A stretch of DNA of 63,446 nucleotides, counting the filler, from Folioceros fuciformis (taxonomy: Eukaryota): assembly GCA_049999805.1 (NCBI GenBank). It is 11 parts of 11 records of this genome, joined end to end, with 100 filler letters (N's around TTAATTAATTAA, not from the genome) between each part and the next. Parts side by side here need not be neighbours in the genome. Positions count along the whole stretch, not along the records: positions 9,265 to 13,991 come from JBNGIO010003519.1; positions 14,092 to 18,209 come from JBNGIO010003520.1; positions 18,310 to 36,055 come from JBNGIO010003521.1; 8 more parts are not named here. One strand, written 5' to 3'. Made by a program: the position numbers and the translations under genes. Positions 12,301 through 24,479 of this stretch are shown here, one piece after another (positions within the stretch are counted from its first letter, which is position 1; every line of letters begins with the position of its first letter). Below the pieces are notes generated by a model. The model was not told where the DNA came from. It did no database searches and saw nothing but the letters and a program-made list of their open reading frames with translations.

Positions 12301-13991
12301 TACAGGGAATGCTGGAAATGTGGACTTCACTGGGTACCAGCCTACCAATTTGAGTGGGGCCAGCTTCCGAACAAGTTTGTCACCGCCAGTGAACTATGAA
12401 CGTGGGCGTTTGGCGGTAGACTTGAATGCTGAGCCTGACAACAGGCGAATGCGCGGTTCTGGTGGAGCTAGGAAACAGGAACAAATGGATGTGTCTCGCT
12501 GGGAAACTGGAGATCTGAAGAGGCAACGGGTAGATACTACTGATCCATGTCCTGCAGGAAATATAGGAGTCACTGGGACAAAAACAGCTGGTGGATGGGT
12601 GGAAAATAGGCTGGGGGCTCCCGTTCAATACAGTGACCCTATGGACATGGAAGTTGACGAGGAAGCTTTGGGGCAGGCCGTTGCTAGGCTGAAACAGCAA
12701 GAAGTCTCACAATCTGTCGACAAAGAAACAGTGGGTGCATCAAGTAGTGATGACCCAGAGACGGGCGAACAGATTGAGTATAGCTCAGATGAGTTGGATG
12801 ATGAAATGCGCAAGAGTCCAGTGAAGCCAGCAGTGGAGGTAGGGTGTGGAAGCTATCTGATTCCAAGCTGTCATTTTGTGGTCTAGGCTGCAGTCAAGGG
12901 TGACGTGGGTCTGTTGGGCTTTGAAGGTTGATGACTTTGTGGTCAACAATACGACGAGTAGTTCCCTAGACAATGAGAGTGGCATTGATGGGGAAGTAAA
13001 TGACGGCAAGGACAAGGGAAATGGTACGTGTCAAAGTGGAATTTGGCAACTTGGGAAAGTTGTTGTGGATTGGCAGTTGAGTGATGTTTAATGAAATTCG
13101 CAGATGTGGAACTGGTTTCAGCAAAGTCAGTGGATGGTCATGTTGAGAAGGCACGAAAGGGTGCGTCAGGCTCCCGGAAGCAACGGGGTCCAAGCCTGTG
13201 GGGTGCTAGCCAAGTACACCCAGAGTTGGAGCAGATTCTGGAAGGTCTTGATGAACCAGGACGCGCTGCTCTCCAGGAGGAACGGGAGAGGAGGATGGAG
13301 GAGCAGGATCGCATGTTCAGCGCACGGAAGCTTTGCCTAGTACTGGATTTGGATCACACACTGTTGAACTCCGCAAAGGTAAATGCAGGGGGGGGCATGA
13401 GAAAGGTTGAGAAGTAGTGGCATTGAGGAAGTTACGGAAGGGGTTCTGATGGAGTTGGTTTGTGATCCAGTTCTCTGAGATTGAGCCAGAGTGGGAACAT
13501 CGACTGCGGCTATCGGAAACTGCGGAGAAAAACAGAGTGGGAAACGGGCGGAGGGAGCTGTATCGGTTTGTGCACATGGGCATGTGGACCAAGTTGCGGC
13601 CTGGCATTTGGAAATTCCTTGACAGAGTAGGGGGACTTTTGGTTGTGTTGGCAACTAACTAAGTTAATGAAGGACGTTAGGTTAGGCACATGATAATGAG
13701 GGTTGTATTGATGTGTGTGGTATGGTTTGCAGGCTAGTGAGCTGTTCCAACTGCATGTGTACACGATGGGAAACAAGGTATATGCTACAGAGATGGCCAA
13801 ACTTTTGGACCCGAGAGGCGAGCTGTTTGGAAATCGGGTGATTTCTAAAGGAGACGAAACAGAGGTAATGGACGGTGATGAGAAGGTGCCGAAAAGCAAG
13901 GACTTGGATGGAGTTATGGGCATGGAATCTGCGGTGGTGATCATCGACGACTCAGTCCGCGTTTGGCCTCATCACAGCCAGAATCTTATAG
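9347..13991 (+). CDS. CPL3: RNA polymerase II CTD phosphatase-like 3 (FCP1-like), multi-exon, 3' end truncated by gap
   Basis: EEGEISD, YNMAWAHA and ELEEGEI in the N-terminal region; FCPH domain RKLCLVLDLDHTLLNSAK (DxDxT), MWTKLRPG, LHVYTMGNKVYATEMAKLLDP, KDLDGVMGMESAVVIIDDS. GT-AG exons: 9347-10470, 10565-10730, 10833-10888, 10981-11038, 11134-12838, 12927-13023, 13104-13378, 13471-13626, 13733->13991. Confidence 0.93.
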
Positions 13992-14782
13992 NNNNNNNNN
14001 NNNNNNNNNNNNNNNNNNNNNNNNNNNNNNNNNNNTTAATTAATTAANNNNNNNNNNNNNNNNNNNNNNNNNNNNNNNNNNNNNNNNNNNNCACTCACAC
14101 CTACCTCAAAACAACGGCAGCCGTGAGCCCAACCTCAAGAATCCATGCTCCCAAACTTGCAAATCTTTTTGTGCGAGCTCCCCGTGCATCAGCCACAAAC
14201 TCCCGGCCTCTCCGCAGCCGCAGCCACAGCAGGCATTACGACACAGACCCAACACGACCGCCTCCATTCCCCGGCCCTGATCCTATCAAGAATGAGCATC
14301 CGCAGCGGTGGAGAGGAAGCGCTCAAGGGAGACACACATTTCATGCAGCGGAGACCNNNNNNNNNNNNNNNNNNNNNNNNNNNNNNNNNNNNNNNNNNNN
14401 NNNNNNNNNNNNNNNNNNNNNNNNNNNNNNNNNNNNNNNNNNNNNNNNNNNNNNNNCTCTCTCTCTCCCCCCTTTCAAATCTTCCCGGGGTAAAAATAGT
14501 TAGGTGGGCAGGCGGCCAGCGAGCCAGCATTGTTACAAGGGCGTCCAAACGGTAAAGACCGTGTAAGAGTCGTTTTCGTTTGAACTATGTAGATAGGCTA
14601 GGTAGGTACCGCGATCCACAGGGAATTTTCTTCGCACACGTCACTTCCATACGTTTGTGGCTACGAGCCGCAGAATCGTGCTCCATGCGTATCGTTTTGT
14701 AGCCATTAATGCCTACCGAACCAACTGGCTCCGCCGCAGCTTCTCACAGGGACAAAAAAACGACCAAAGGCACCAATAAGGG

Positions 14783-14815
14783 CCAATGGCCTGGACGTAC
14801 AGTCCAGGCCATTGG
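14783..14815. repeat. perfect 14-bp inverted repeat with 5-nt loop
   Basis: CCAATGGCCTGGAC-GTACA-GTCCAGGCCATTGG, at the border of a very AT-rich block (14850-14960). Confidence 0.9.
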
Positions 14816-17339
14816 ATAACATTTAAGGAGGTCTAACAATTAGAGAATTCAAGTATTTATCAAAAATAAAATATTTAAATTTATTTAAAATATAAAAATC
14901 ATAAAAATATATTTTATATATTATTATTTTATTTTATTAAGTATATATTATTAAATATTTTTAGAGTAGAGGACACATCAGGGTATGAGAAAACGACTTT
15001 ATACCTTGCAAACCTAATTCGGCAAGCAAATATATGCATAAAATTTATGTACACTCTACATATTCTACAAATTTTAGTATCGAGCTACTTTACATACCGG
15101 GTAGCTATGCTGGCACCTCAAACCACAAAATCAAACAAGATGGTGACACATACGAACACTTGTAATTAGATTTTGGTTATCTATCATAGCTAATACATAA
15201 GGGTTTGACAAGGTAGCTTCAAAGTCTTATAAAATTGTAGTGCAATGGGGGCAAACACTAATAGCCCTCCCAAAGGTCACCCAATTCGACCACCACCTAA
15301 CTACCGGTTGAAGTACCGGTACATTTTATCCTTACCCGCAGACCTGTTCGTAGCAAAGTCAGGTCATCAAATATTTTTCAGAGAACTTGTTAACTTGTTG
15401 AAGAGGTCCACAAATATCATCTCGCCGACCAGACGCTGTTCGCCAGGGCGAAAGTAGGAGGCAACGACCGGACTGGGAGTTGCAGGTGGGAGGTCCATCC
15501 ATGCGCGGAAGCGATCTGCACAAATAGACAAAAGTTGCCCTGGCACCAGTCCAAAATAGGAAATTACCAGAAATTCCCCGGAAATAACCACAAAGTTAAC
15601 TGTGGAGAGCATCAACCAAAACCGTCGTTTTTTGAGCACCGGCCACGAAGCTTCCGGGTCTCTGTCGGAATCCTCATAGCCGATCTGTACTGGAGAGCAA
15701 GCAATCCCAGCTCGGAATTGGAGAGGCTCGGCAATCCATCGTCAAGCCCCTAATTTCACAAGTGTCCTGCAAACTGATGAGAGGTGACAACCAATGATTC
15801 TCTGACAACAGCTACTTGCCGGCTGATGTGAATTTCTTTCATGACCTTCGTACCTTCATCATATCAGAGGGCAGAAGCACTTTTGATCAACTTGCTACAA
15901 CACTCAGTGAGCTTCGTCTCATACCCAGCTTCCATGTCTGGGCACTGACAGTTTCGTGCTAGCGGTGATGAGTACGGCAAACACGCAGCTACACATCTCC
16001 TTTGTCTGCTCATCAGTATGACAGGCAAAACAGTATGACAGGCAAAAATAAGGTAGAAGCATAAGTCCGGAGGGGTGAACTAAAAAACGGACTCCAACTC
16101 ATGGTAGGAATCGGAGAGACGCAACAAGTAGCAAACCAGTTCGAGAAGGCGTTTCAGTACAGTAAGGGTGGGAAACAGTTCACGAAGGCATTTCAGTAGT
16201 CTGTTGGATTGTTCATTTGTCCCGTTTTCTTCAACTGCCGCTGGTGACTGTGGCCCAGGGCTGACCCTACCTGGGATGGCAAACACAAAGATAGTAAGGA
16301 CTCTTCGAGCACCTTCATGGACCAAGGATTTCTCGTAGTGGCTGACTATGGGATACCACTTATGGACAACAATGATTAACAGTGTTCTCACAGGAGTTTT
16401 ACAGATTCTACAGATTGTCAACACAAATAAATTTGGAGATTCCAGGATGTTGAACAGGTGGTCCGCAAAAGACTTGCCTCCATATAAGAATCCTCCATTA
16501 GGGCCTAGATTCTGGTTGGCTCAAGAAAGACTCTCCAGCACTACAACTACATCTGTTTCCTTCAGATCGAGGAGGCCACAGAAGTGGACAAGCTTAAGGA
16601 CCTGAAGATACAGTGGACATGAGTAGTGCCTTTCCTTGAGGTTGACCGTGCTCTACCAGCTGGTCGAGAAGAAACATAACCACCTGCATACAACCATGGA
16701 GAGTCAGGCGCTTCAGATTACAGCCAATTAAGTGTTGTCACAGTGACAGGATGTACGACGAGAGTAGAGCTGAGACAGAAGGGGAAAAAAAAAAAGTGAC
16801 ACGACTGCAATCACCTCCAGATGACCAAGCTTGCAGCTGATCACAGAGCTCATATTATCGAAATGTGAATGTCGGCAGTTTCATCAAGATACATGATTCA
16901 GTAGCCGTGGCTGTGTGCCCTCCATCGCAGCTGATTTCTGCAACAGGACGAACAACTTCAGCCCAAAGTGACACAATCGGCGCAAAGCACAAACAGCTGA
17001 GACAAAACGATGCCAGGTACCTCCTGGTGCGCAGGATCAAGCAACAGAAAAGAAGCAAATCTACAAACATGCAGAGCGTCTTCACGAAAGGAAACCAGGC
17101 AGCAAGGCAGCAACCAGTCTATGAAACAACGCAGCTTTCCAGATGCATGTCCTGGCAGAACCAACATCCAAGAAGCCTGTCAACGAGGAGTGTGTACATA
17201 CAAACAGCACTAAGTGCTCTAGGCCGAAAGTAAGCGATTGCCTAGCTTTTTTACACAGACAACATTTATTAACAAATAAACAACAAGCGTCGGCTAGAGC
17301 GTGGGACTCACATATTCTTTCATTCCAGTTGGGCAGCAA

Positions 17340-18209
17340 CTAATGTTGCGGAAGGGAAGCTAATCTGCCAACAATGGCACCTATGTTGCCATTCAAGGCA
17401 GTGAGGCCATGCAGCAGCCTGTCTAGTTTGTTCTCCACGCCCTCCAACATTGAAAGCTGCGCCTTGCGCGCCTCGTCAATACTGCTGCCCCGGCGCTCCA
17501 TACGATCCATGTGCTCACGCAGCAGCTCCATGGTGAGCTCGGCCCGTATACTCAAGGCCTCCTCCCGCTTCTCCGACGCCTCCTGATGCGAACTGAGAAA
17601 CAGCCTCATCTCCTTCACCGTGCCACTCCCAGCGTGCTTCGCCATCCGGGAGCCATCCACATCCTCCTCCTCACACCCGCGGCCCGACGACATGCCGTCC
17701 TCGTCCCCCGACGCCGACGACAGCTCAATCTCCGGCATCTTCACCGGATCATTCCCCGCCACCTCCAGCCACACGTCATAGAACTTGGGCTTCATCAAAT
17801 CCTTCCCCGACTTGCCAATCTTCCCAACCGGCTCCGCCAGGGCCCGCTTCTCGCTCCGGCTCTTGAACCTGGCGCACTCCCGCCGCACCTTCCAGTACTT
17901 GCTCTCGCACTGGTTCTTGGTGAAGTCCCTCCTGAACTTCTCCTGCATCGTCTTGATAATCGGATCCCACTTCTTCTGGTTCTTCACCTTCCCCCGGCTC
18001 TCGATATACAGCCTCCGGTGCACGTCGTCATACGTCTCGAACAAGAACCTCACCATGTCCTCGGTCCACGGCACCGGCGACTCCATCTCCCGCCGCCTCT
18101 TCCTCCCGTCCTCCTCCTCCCCTCCCTTCCTCCCCTTCTTCCCGTCCCGCTTCTTCCCGCGCCTCTTCCTCCCCTCGCTCCCGCTCTCCTCACTCCCGCT
18201 CTCCTCGCT
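17340..18209 (-). CDS. trihelix / Myb-SANT-like DNA-binding protein; 5' end lost in gap
   Basis: WTEDMVRFLFE...KKWDPIIKTM...FTKNQCESKYWKVRR...FYDVW plus a C-terminal coiled coil. The frame stays open upstream of Met 18086 through a basic NLS-like stretch (GRKRRGKKR...RKRRR) up to the gap. Confidence 0.8.
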   Translation of the reverse strand, partial: SEESGSEESGSEGRKRRGKKRDGKKGRKGGEEEDGRKRRREMESPVPWTEDMVRFLFETYDDVHRRLYIESRGKVKNQKKWDPIIKTMQEKFRRDFTKNQCESKYWKVRRECARFKSRSEKRALAEPVGKIGKSGKDLMKPKFYDVWLEVAGNDPVKMPEIELSSASGDEDGMSSGRGCEEEDVDGSRMAKHAGSGTVKEMRLFLSSHQEASEKREEALSIRAELTMELLREHMDRMERRGSSIDEARKAQLSMLEGVENKLDRLLHGLTALNGNIGAIVGRLASLPQH

Positions 18210-18309
18210 NNNNNNNNNNNNNNNNNNNNNNNNNNNNNNNNNNNNNNNNNNNNTTAATTAATTAANNNNNNNNNNNNNNNNNNNNNNNNNNNNNNNNNNN
18301 NNNNNNNNN

Positions 18310-18959
18310 TGATCAAGTGGTTGTCACGAATTGCTGGGTCTAGTATAAGCCTAGCATGTATGAGTTTAGACTCTGGATGACAGCAACAGTATGAGCAGCA
18401 ATTTTGAACAGATGCAGGTATTCGTGCAAGAACTGAATTTGTAAAATTGTAATCAGTGTGTGCATGAACTGATTGCCTACCACATGCACTGTTGCAGGAA
18501 TTGTGTTCTAAACTCGACCGAGAATGCGTCCTTGAGGAGTAGTGCCTTCGGTTAGGCATCTTCAAATACTCCTAAGGTGCTTTCTAAGAGAAGTGGCCTA
18601 CGCATGATGGGGTCCAGCAAGACTCTGAATAACAGCCGATAATACGGCTGACTTGCTTAGACTGAGTAGCCATCTCCCAGGATGTAAGATGTTACATACA
18701 GGTTCTGATACCAATTCAGTGAATAGGCTGTGAACGTAGGAAGTTCGATAAAGATGAAAATAAAGATGAATTAAGAACGGATCCCGTGGTGAGAACTAGG
18801 GGCACGGTGCTCGTCCTAACCATTGTGACTTGAACAGGCATTTCCTAAAGACGTGACCAGTGAGATATTATCTAGAGTGTGAAACGAACAAACCCTAACT
18901 AAATAACTTGGATAAGGCTGCTCAAGACCTAATCTAACACATCCCTATGTCGCAGCACA
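18310..18959 (-). mobile_element. 5' LTR, PBS and leader of an LTR retrotransposon
   Basis: Minus-strand TGGTATCAGAACC at 18713-18701, preceded by ~245 bp starting TGTGCTGC (18959), similar to the TGTGTTGC start of the LTR at 4210. Confidence 0.55.
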
Positions 18960-20030
18960 ATGGGGCCCCCTATTGGAGAGGTCCTTACCCTCTCCTCCCG
19001 TTGACAATCTTGAGGTGGCTGCCTCGTGCATTCTCGCCATAGGTTCGTTGGTAGCTGGTTCTACTGCCCCCGTTCCTCCTTTCGCCACGATTGTTGGTTC
19101 AGCCACTTTGGTTCCAGGTTCTACAACCCTGGTCGATTCCACCACGGTTGTGGCTTTAGCCACCGCGGTAGGGAATCCTTCCCTTCTTTGGCTTTCCCGC
19201 CTCACTCCTGACCGTGGTCCTTGCCTCATCCCGTTCTCTCTTGTATCTCTTAGCTAACCTTCTGAATTTCTCAAGGGTTGCCACTAGCTCTTGAGTTTGG
19301 GAGATCGTTATGAAGCTCTTCAATTGTGACATGGGTTGTTTTCACTTGCTTCACTAGGGCTTCCTATTGATTTACCAATAACTTCAACTCCTCCTTTGCT
19401 TTGCCCAGCAACTTGTCACTTGCCCTCCATCAGTCCTCTGCTACCCATTTCTTCCTTCGACCTCTTCCAGCTTTTCCTTCAACACCTTCTCCTATTGCCC
19501 TTGCATGCTGAGCCATGTGAGCGCCACGACGGCTTGGTTGAGTAATCTGTCTGAGTTAGGGCCATGGCTGAGGACAATCCCTGCAAGTCGCTTATTTGAG
19601 CCACACTCGGCCCCATCCTTTTCCAGAGCCACTCTTTTACTCGGGTTATGCCTTCTGCTTCCGCCCTCGCTTGTCCGTTCAAGGGGGTGGCCCCGAAGAT
19701 ATCCTCCCACCCCGAAAACCCTTCGCCGCCGACACTAACCCTCCTACATCAACCACAGGTTCATTAACCCCTGACCCATTGTTTTTCCGTGTTGGAGTGG
19801 GTGTGGGTTGCCTCCTCTGCTTCCCGAGTTCTTCTCGCGATTCCGTGGCAGCCCTGGCTCTGGTTCTTCAAGTCGGGGTCACCACCTCCTATTCACCTAC
19901 CCTGGCCTTCCCTCTCTTGGCCTCACCTCGGGCTGTGGTCCCAGGCTTCCTTTCTTGATCGTCGCGACTTCTCCTTCTGAATCGCCCAGCATCTCAGACT
20001 CATACTGATAATAATAAGTTTTAAGCGATA
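18960..20030 (-). mobile_element. decayed charged/coiled-coil ORF remnant, probably retroelement-derived
   Basis: Purine-rich minus strand with interrupted E/K/R-rich reading (EKVLKEKLEEVEG); similar in character to 51300-52947. No diagnostic motif. Confidence 0.3.
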
Positions 20031-20413
20031 TATCAAGCCTAGCGAATACTTCCTTCAAAAGATGCTAGGAGACTAATCAGGCACCCCGGGCCTTACGAGG
20101 TTAACCGTGCGAGGTGTGCGTTCAAAAACTAAAACCTGTGTGCTATCTGCACTTGAGAACACGATTGTATGAAACGGACTTCAAGCATCTTGAGTTGCTT
20201 CACTCATCGTTTGGTACACGCGGAATGTCGTCAAAATTTCAGTCCGATCAATGTCACTCTATCATGTAACTCTTCATCAGTTGTCAGACCGCTGTGCTCA
20301 TGGTCCGCCCGCACCATTTTACAAACGAGCATGAGGAAGGAGCTGGGCACAAGAAAACCATGACGGCGGGAAGAAAATACCTAAATTGACAAATCTATAA
20401 AAAGACACGACCT

Positions 20414-21584
20414 TTAATTGCTACCAGCCTCCTCCTCCAATTTTCGTACTTCGAGTTCCAACTCTGTGCAAGCAGCTTCGATGTCCAAATTCTTCTTGCT
20501 CAATTCTCTCCATTGACTATCGAGGACATGAAGCTCTGCAGCAGCAGCTTGCTGTCCACACAAGAAACCAAGAAAGCACACACTACAGACCACATTAAAA
20601 CATCCACTCAGGAATGCCAACAAGAGAAGAGTTTTGTCAATGTGATGGGGTCTAATACCTGGTTCAATTTCCGCTCACGATTCAATGCATCAATTTCTTG
20701 TCCACTCTGCTTAACTGTCGACTGCAATCTGCAGGCAAAATCTGCCAAGGGTAAGAAAAGGAAGAAAAACGGTGAAGCTGGGCCAGAAAAGGGATAAGGT
20801 ACCTTGCAAGAAACGCTTCCATGTGTTGATTATGCGCCTTCCATGCATTGGTACCGTACTTGAGCATCAATTCCAAATTCTCTAACCTGGGTGTCGCCAG
20901 GGACCCTCTTCTAGATCAGCACGTGCCATCAAAGGAGAACCACCATCCGATTCTGCGACACTGAAGAGTCCTAACCTTAGAGATTGATGCTGCAGTTGAC
21001 TGTACGCATTGGTCACAGAGTTCTTCCATGCGCTAGGGTCATTCCGCTTAGTAGCACTGGGGGGCTCCAACCCATATCTCGTCATATCAATGGTAACAGG
21101 TGGCTTGCCTGCACGCACTCGCTCAAGCTCCTTGGACAACATGGGCCAGTTCTGCATGAAAGGGAGCCATGTGCAGTTTGTCCATGGAAAGAGCAGAAAG
21201 GGTAAGAGCACAAAAAAACCCAGCTAATTCCTTCTTGTGGACAACTAGTGCCTCTGCGATCTGCTTTGCAATCACAATCTCATACAGTCATGGAACAATG
21301 GACAGGAATGGACGCAGCTATGAGTGAATGATGAATAAGCGGACCTGTAGCTCAAGTGTAGGAGCAGGTGGGAGCTGAGCAAGAAAGTCTGCAGGCCGCT
21401 TGGAGCTCTTCCTCATCTCTTCCTCGATCATCTTGTCTACCTCGGCTTTGATTTCTTTGTTGGCATAGTCGTCATCGATATAAGGCAGCGCCTCGACAGC
21501 CTCGTTCGTCAGGCCCTGCCGCCAATCCTCCTGCGTTCCGATAGCAGGCGGCGCTTCCAACATGAGCACATCGTTGCCCGACAT
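20414..21584 (-). CDS. MOS4: pre-mRNA splicing factor SPF27 / MOS4 (BCAS2 family)
   Basis: Exons 21584-21345, 21151-20976, 20886-20803, 20728-20659, 20551-20414. Motifs [76 protein letters not shown]. Confidence 0.95.
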
Positions 21585-21777
21585 CCTGAAAGTCTTCAAT
21601 CCGTTCAGGCGATGCGCCGTCAGCTCTTGCTACTCATAATCGACTCCCGCCTCTCCAGCCATTCTGGACCCCTCTCTACCTGTGCGGGCCAGCCAACACG
21701 AGCTGCCAACTGAAAAAGGAACGTCGCTCCTAGGTCGCCGAAGTCATTGCTCCCTGTCCAGAACGGCTGATGCGTCC

Positions 21778-22808
21778 ATGCTAGGTGCTTCAAGCTGCTC
21801 CGGCATCTCTCGCCCTACCGAATACTTGCACTGCAATATTCACCTTGCAATTGCCAGCTCGTCCCTCCAATATCTCAGAGCACGAATTCTAGGTCACAGG
21901 CATCGCAGAGCGGTAGGAGTGAGTTGTGCTCTCCTCCACGACTCACGTCTCCACCTGGAAGGGCCCTCACCAGCTTTTGTGACGCCTCCCCTCGCCTCTC
22001 CGGATTTTGAGGACGAAGGACAGCCTAACACTGTGACTTCCGCATACGTAGACATCCCCATCTGTCGGCGGGGATGTCACTACTGTCTTTCCGGTAGGGG
22101 GTAGTGTAGAGATGGAAAGTACAGGGCCAGGCCAAAAACATGTCGCCGGTACCATGGTAGATTACATGGACCTGGTCTGCAAGGAGATATCCACTACTGC
22201 CGAAGCGCACTAGAGGCATGGTTCTCAAGACAGTGTTCTTTGGTGGAGGGACTCATTCCCTTATCCCCGCACAAGCTCTCAACCATCATCGGCTGCCTCC
22301 GGCGTCACTTCGGAACAAGAGATGGAGTTGAGGTATCCATAGAGATCATTCAGGGCCATTCGACGGAGCGGCTCTCCAGCTCTTGCCTGCCATGGGGGGT
22401 ACCTCGAGTGTCAATCGGGGTGCAGGGATTTCAAGAGCATCTTCTGAGGCAGTGGTTCAGCTCACGGGCTCGAGGATGTGTATGATGCAGTGAACCTATT
22501 CCAATCCAGTTCCATCGAGGAGTGGAGCTTGGACATCATCTGGTGGTTGCCGAATCAGGTTCTGAAAAATTGTTGGACGTAAACACTGGAGGAAGCCCTG
22601 CGAGCTGGACCAGTTGGTATCTCTGCGTATGAATTACACATCGAGAAAGGCGTACAGTATGATCGCTGGTTTCAGCCGACCGCTCCTCTGCCCACCGATA
22701 TACTGTCTGCTGAGTTTTACAGGGTGGCCAACAAGGTGTGATACCTAGGGCTTTCTGTTTCCCAACGATGCGATCTCCGACATGTTCGCAACCGTGGGCT
22801 TATCCTGA
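21778..22808 (+). pseudogene. HemN/HemW/RSAD1-like radical-SAM pseudogene (frameshifts and internal deletion)
   Basis: Transit-peptide-like start, then TSAYVDIPICRRGCHYC (CxxxCxxC), LKTVFFGGGTHSL, FG...EVSIE, GVPRVSIGVQGFQEHLL, WSLDII..LPNQ, ISAYELHIEKG, PLPTDILSAEFYRVA. It then jumps directly to the C-terminal GFLFPNDAISDMF...TGA. Motifs fall in different frames. Confidence 0.85.
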
Positions 22809-23234
22809 GAGCGAACAAACTTGGAGGAGTTATCTCGATAGAGCATCTCTCCTCCTTCAATCTGGCCGGAATTTCGGTGATGGGACACAGCCCATGGTTT
22901 CGTACCTTTATCTGTGCGGATCTTGCTCGGTGAAGGGACACTTACACCACGGTTTCGTAACTTCCTCTGGCGGGATCTCGCTCAGCTGATGGGACTCAAG
23001 GATTTTGCATGGGCATATACTGCCCAGAACTGAGAGCCGCGTTTGGCAACTCGCAATACCCTTCCGATCTCAATCTGGACATCAAAACCGCCAGCCGGAC
23101 ATTTTTATGACAACCGGAGGATATTGCGCCGGTTAAATGTCTGCAACGAATGTTAGTCTTTGCAAATTTGTGTCTGCTGCTTCTGGGGCCATGGCGGACG
23201 CCGTGAGGCAGAAGGGGGAGGGCANNNNNNNNNN

Positions 23235-23625
23235 CCAACTGAAAGAGGAACTTGGCTCCTAGGTCGCCGGAGTCAGTGGCCAATCGGCAGGATGCCTCTT
23301 GCGGTCGTTCTAGCTGCTTCAGGTTGCTCCAGGCTCTCTCGACCGGTCCAATACTTGCACGTCAATATTCGCCTTGCAATTGCCGCCTGGTGCCTCCTCT
23401 ACGTCAAAGCATGGACTATAAGTCACAGGAATTGCAGACCGATAGGAGTGTCTTGTTCTCTACCCCACGACTTGCGCCGCACTTTGAAGGACCGTCACTG
23501 GCTGAAATGCCGCCTTCCCTCGCCTTTCGGGATTGTGAGAAGAGAGGACAGCCTAACTCTGTGACTGCCGCATACGTGCACATCCGCGTCTATCAGCGGC
23601 GATGTCAGTACTGTAACTTCCCTCT
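23235..23625 (+). pseudogene. partial direct duplicate of the 5' part of the HemN-like pseudogene
   Basis: Diverged copy of 21706-22090 (both begin CCAACTGAAA.AGGAAC...CTCCTAGGTCGCCG). Reads VTAAYVHIRVYQRRCQYCNFP, with the first Cys lost. Confidence 0.8.
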
Positions 23626-24479
23626 GTTCGATGAGACTGTTGAAAGCCCGAAGAGCAGTGGGCACAGCGTGGCCTCCATTCTCCATGACTCGCTGAGCAC
23701 CAATGAAGACGCAGTCAATCTGCCAACTCAATAAGTGTTCAGTTTCCTCATGCGAGACTTTTTTTCCTTTAAATCTTGTATTGATGAGTTTTCCCATATC
23801 TCTTTTCCACGAGTTTCAACTCATCTTTGGTCCACCAAGTTTAGAAAATAACTAAAATAAAATTAATTGTATATAATTTTATTATCAATACAAAATATAA
23901 AAACTTCATTTTTACACAGATAATTTATTCTCCATAATAGTGTACAAAATATTAGTATATAATAAAATAAATAAATTATTAATATTATAATATTATAAAT
24001 TAAATTAAACGAGGTTTTATTTAATCTTTTACATTATCAATTGATTTTGTTTTGTTACAACTAAAGGTATACATTTTTTAGGGATTATCAAAGAAATAAC
24101 ATCTTTCATGATGTTATAAACATCTATTTGTACATGGGTTTCATCCATGTTTCTATATGGTCTTCCATTAGTGAACACAAAAACATATTGCCTCTCCACA
24201 AAAGTTCAATCCTTCTCATTGCTCCTATAAAAAACAGTTTTGCATAATATAGTTCAATCTTACTATAAGTAATAATCTTAATACTCAAATCAAAAGTTCT
24301 TTCAATGATTTAAGATGTACATACTATATGCAATGAACATTTGAGGGGAATAAGAATTTTACTAGAAAAATTAAAAAGGTAGGACAAAGATACTCATCTA
24401 CCCCTTTGTCCTAAGAGGATGTAGTACATTGCATTTATGACGCAGTAGGACATTTCTTCCTTGTAGGGACTACTAGTCT

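Noticed and set aside
14189..14336. Possible conserved-peptide uORF in a minus-strand leader
   Set aside because: No match to any conserved uORF I recognise; the main ORF is lost in the gap.
17511..18257. 248-aa plus-strand ORF opposite the trihelix gene
   Set aside because: Antisense shadow of a GC3-rich coding sequence; low complexity, no domain.
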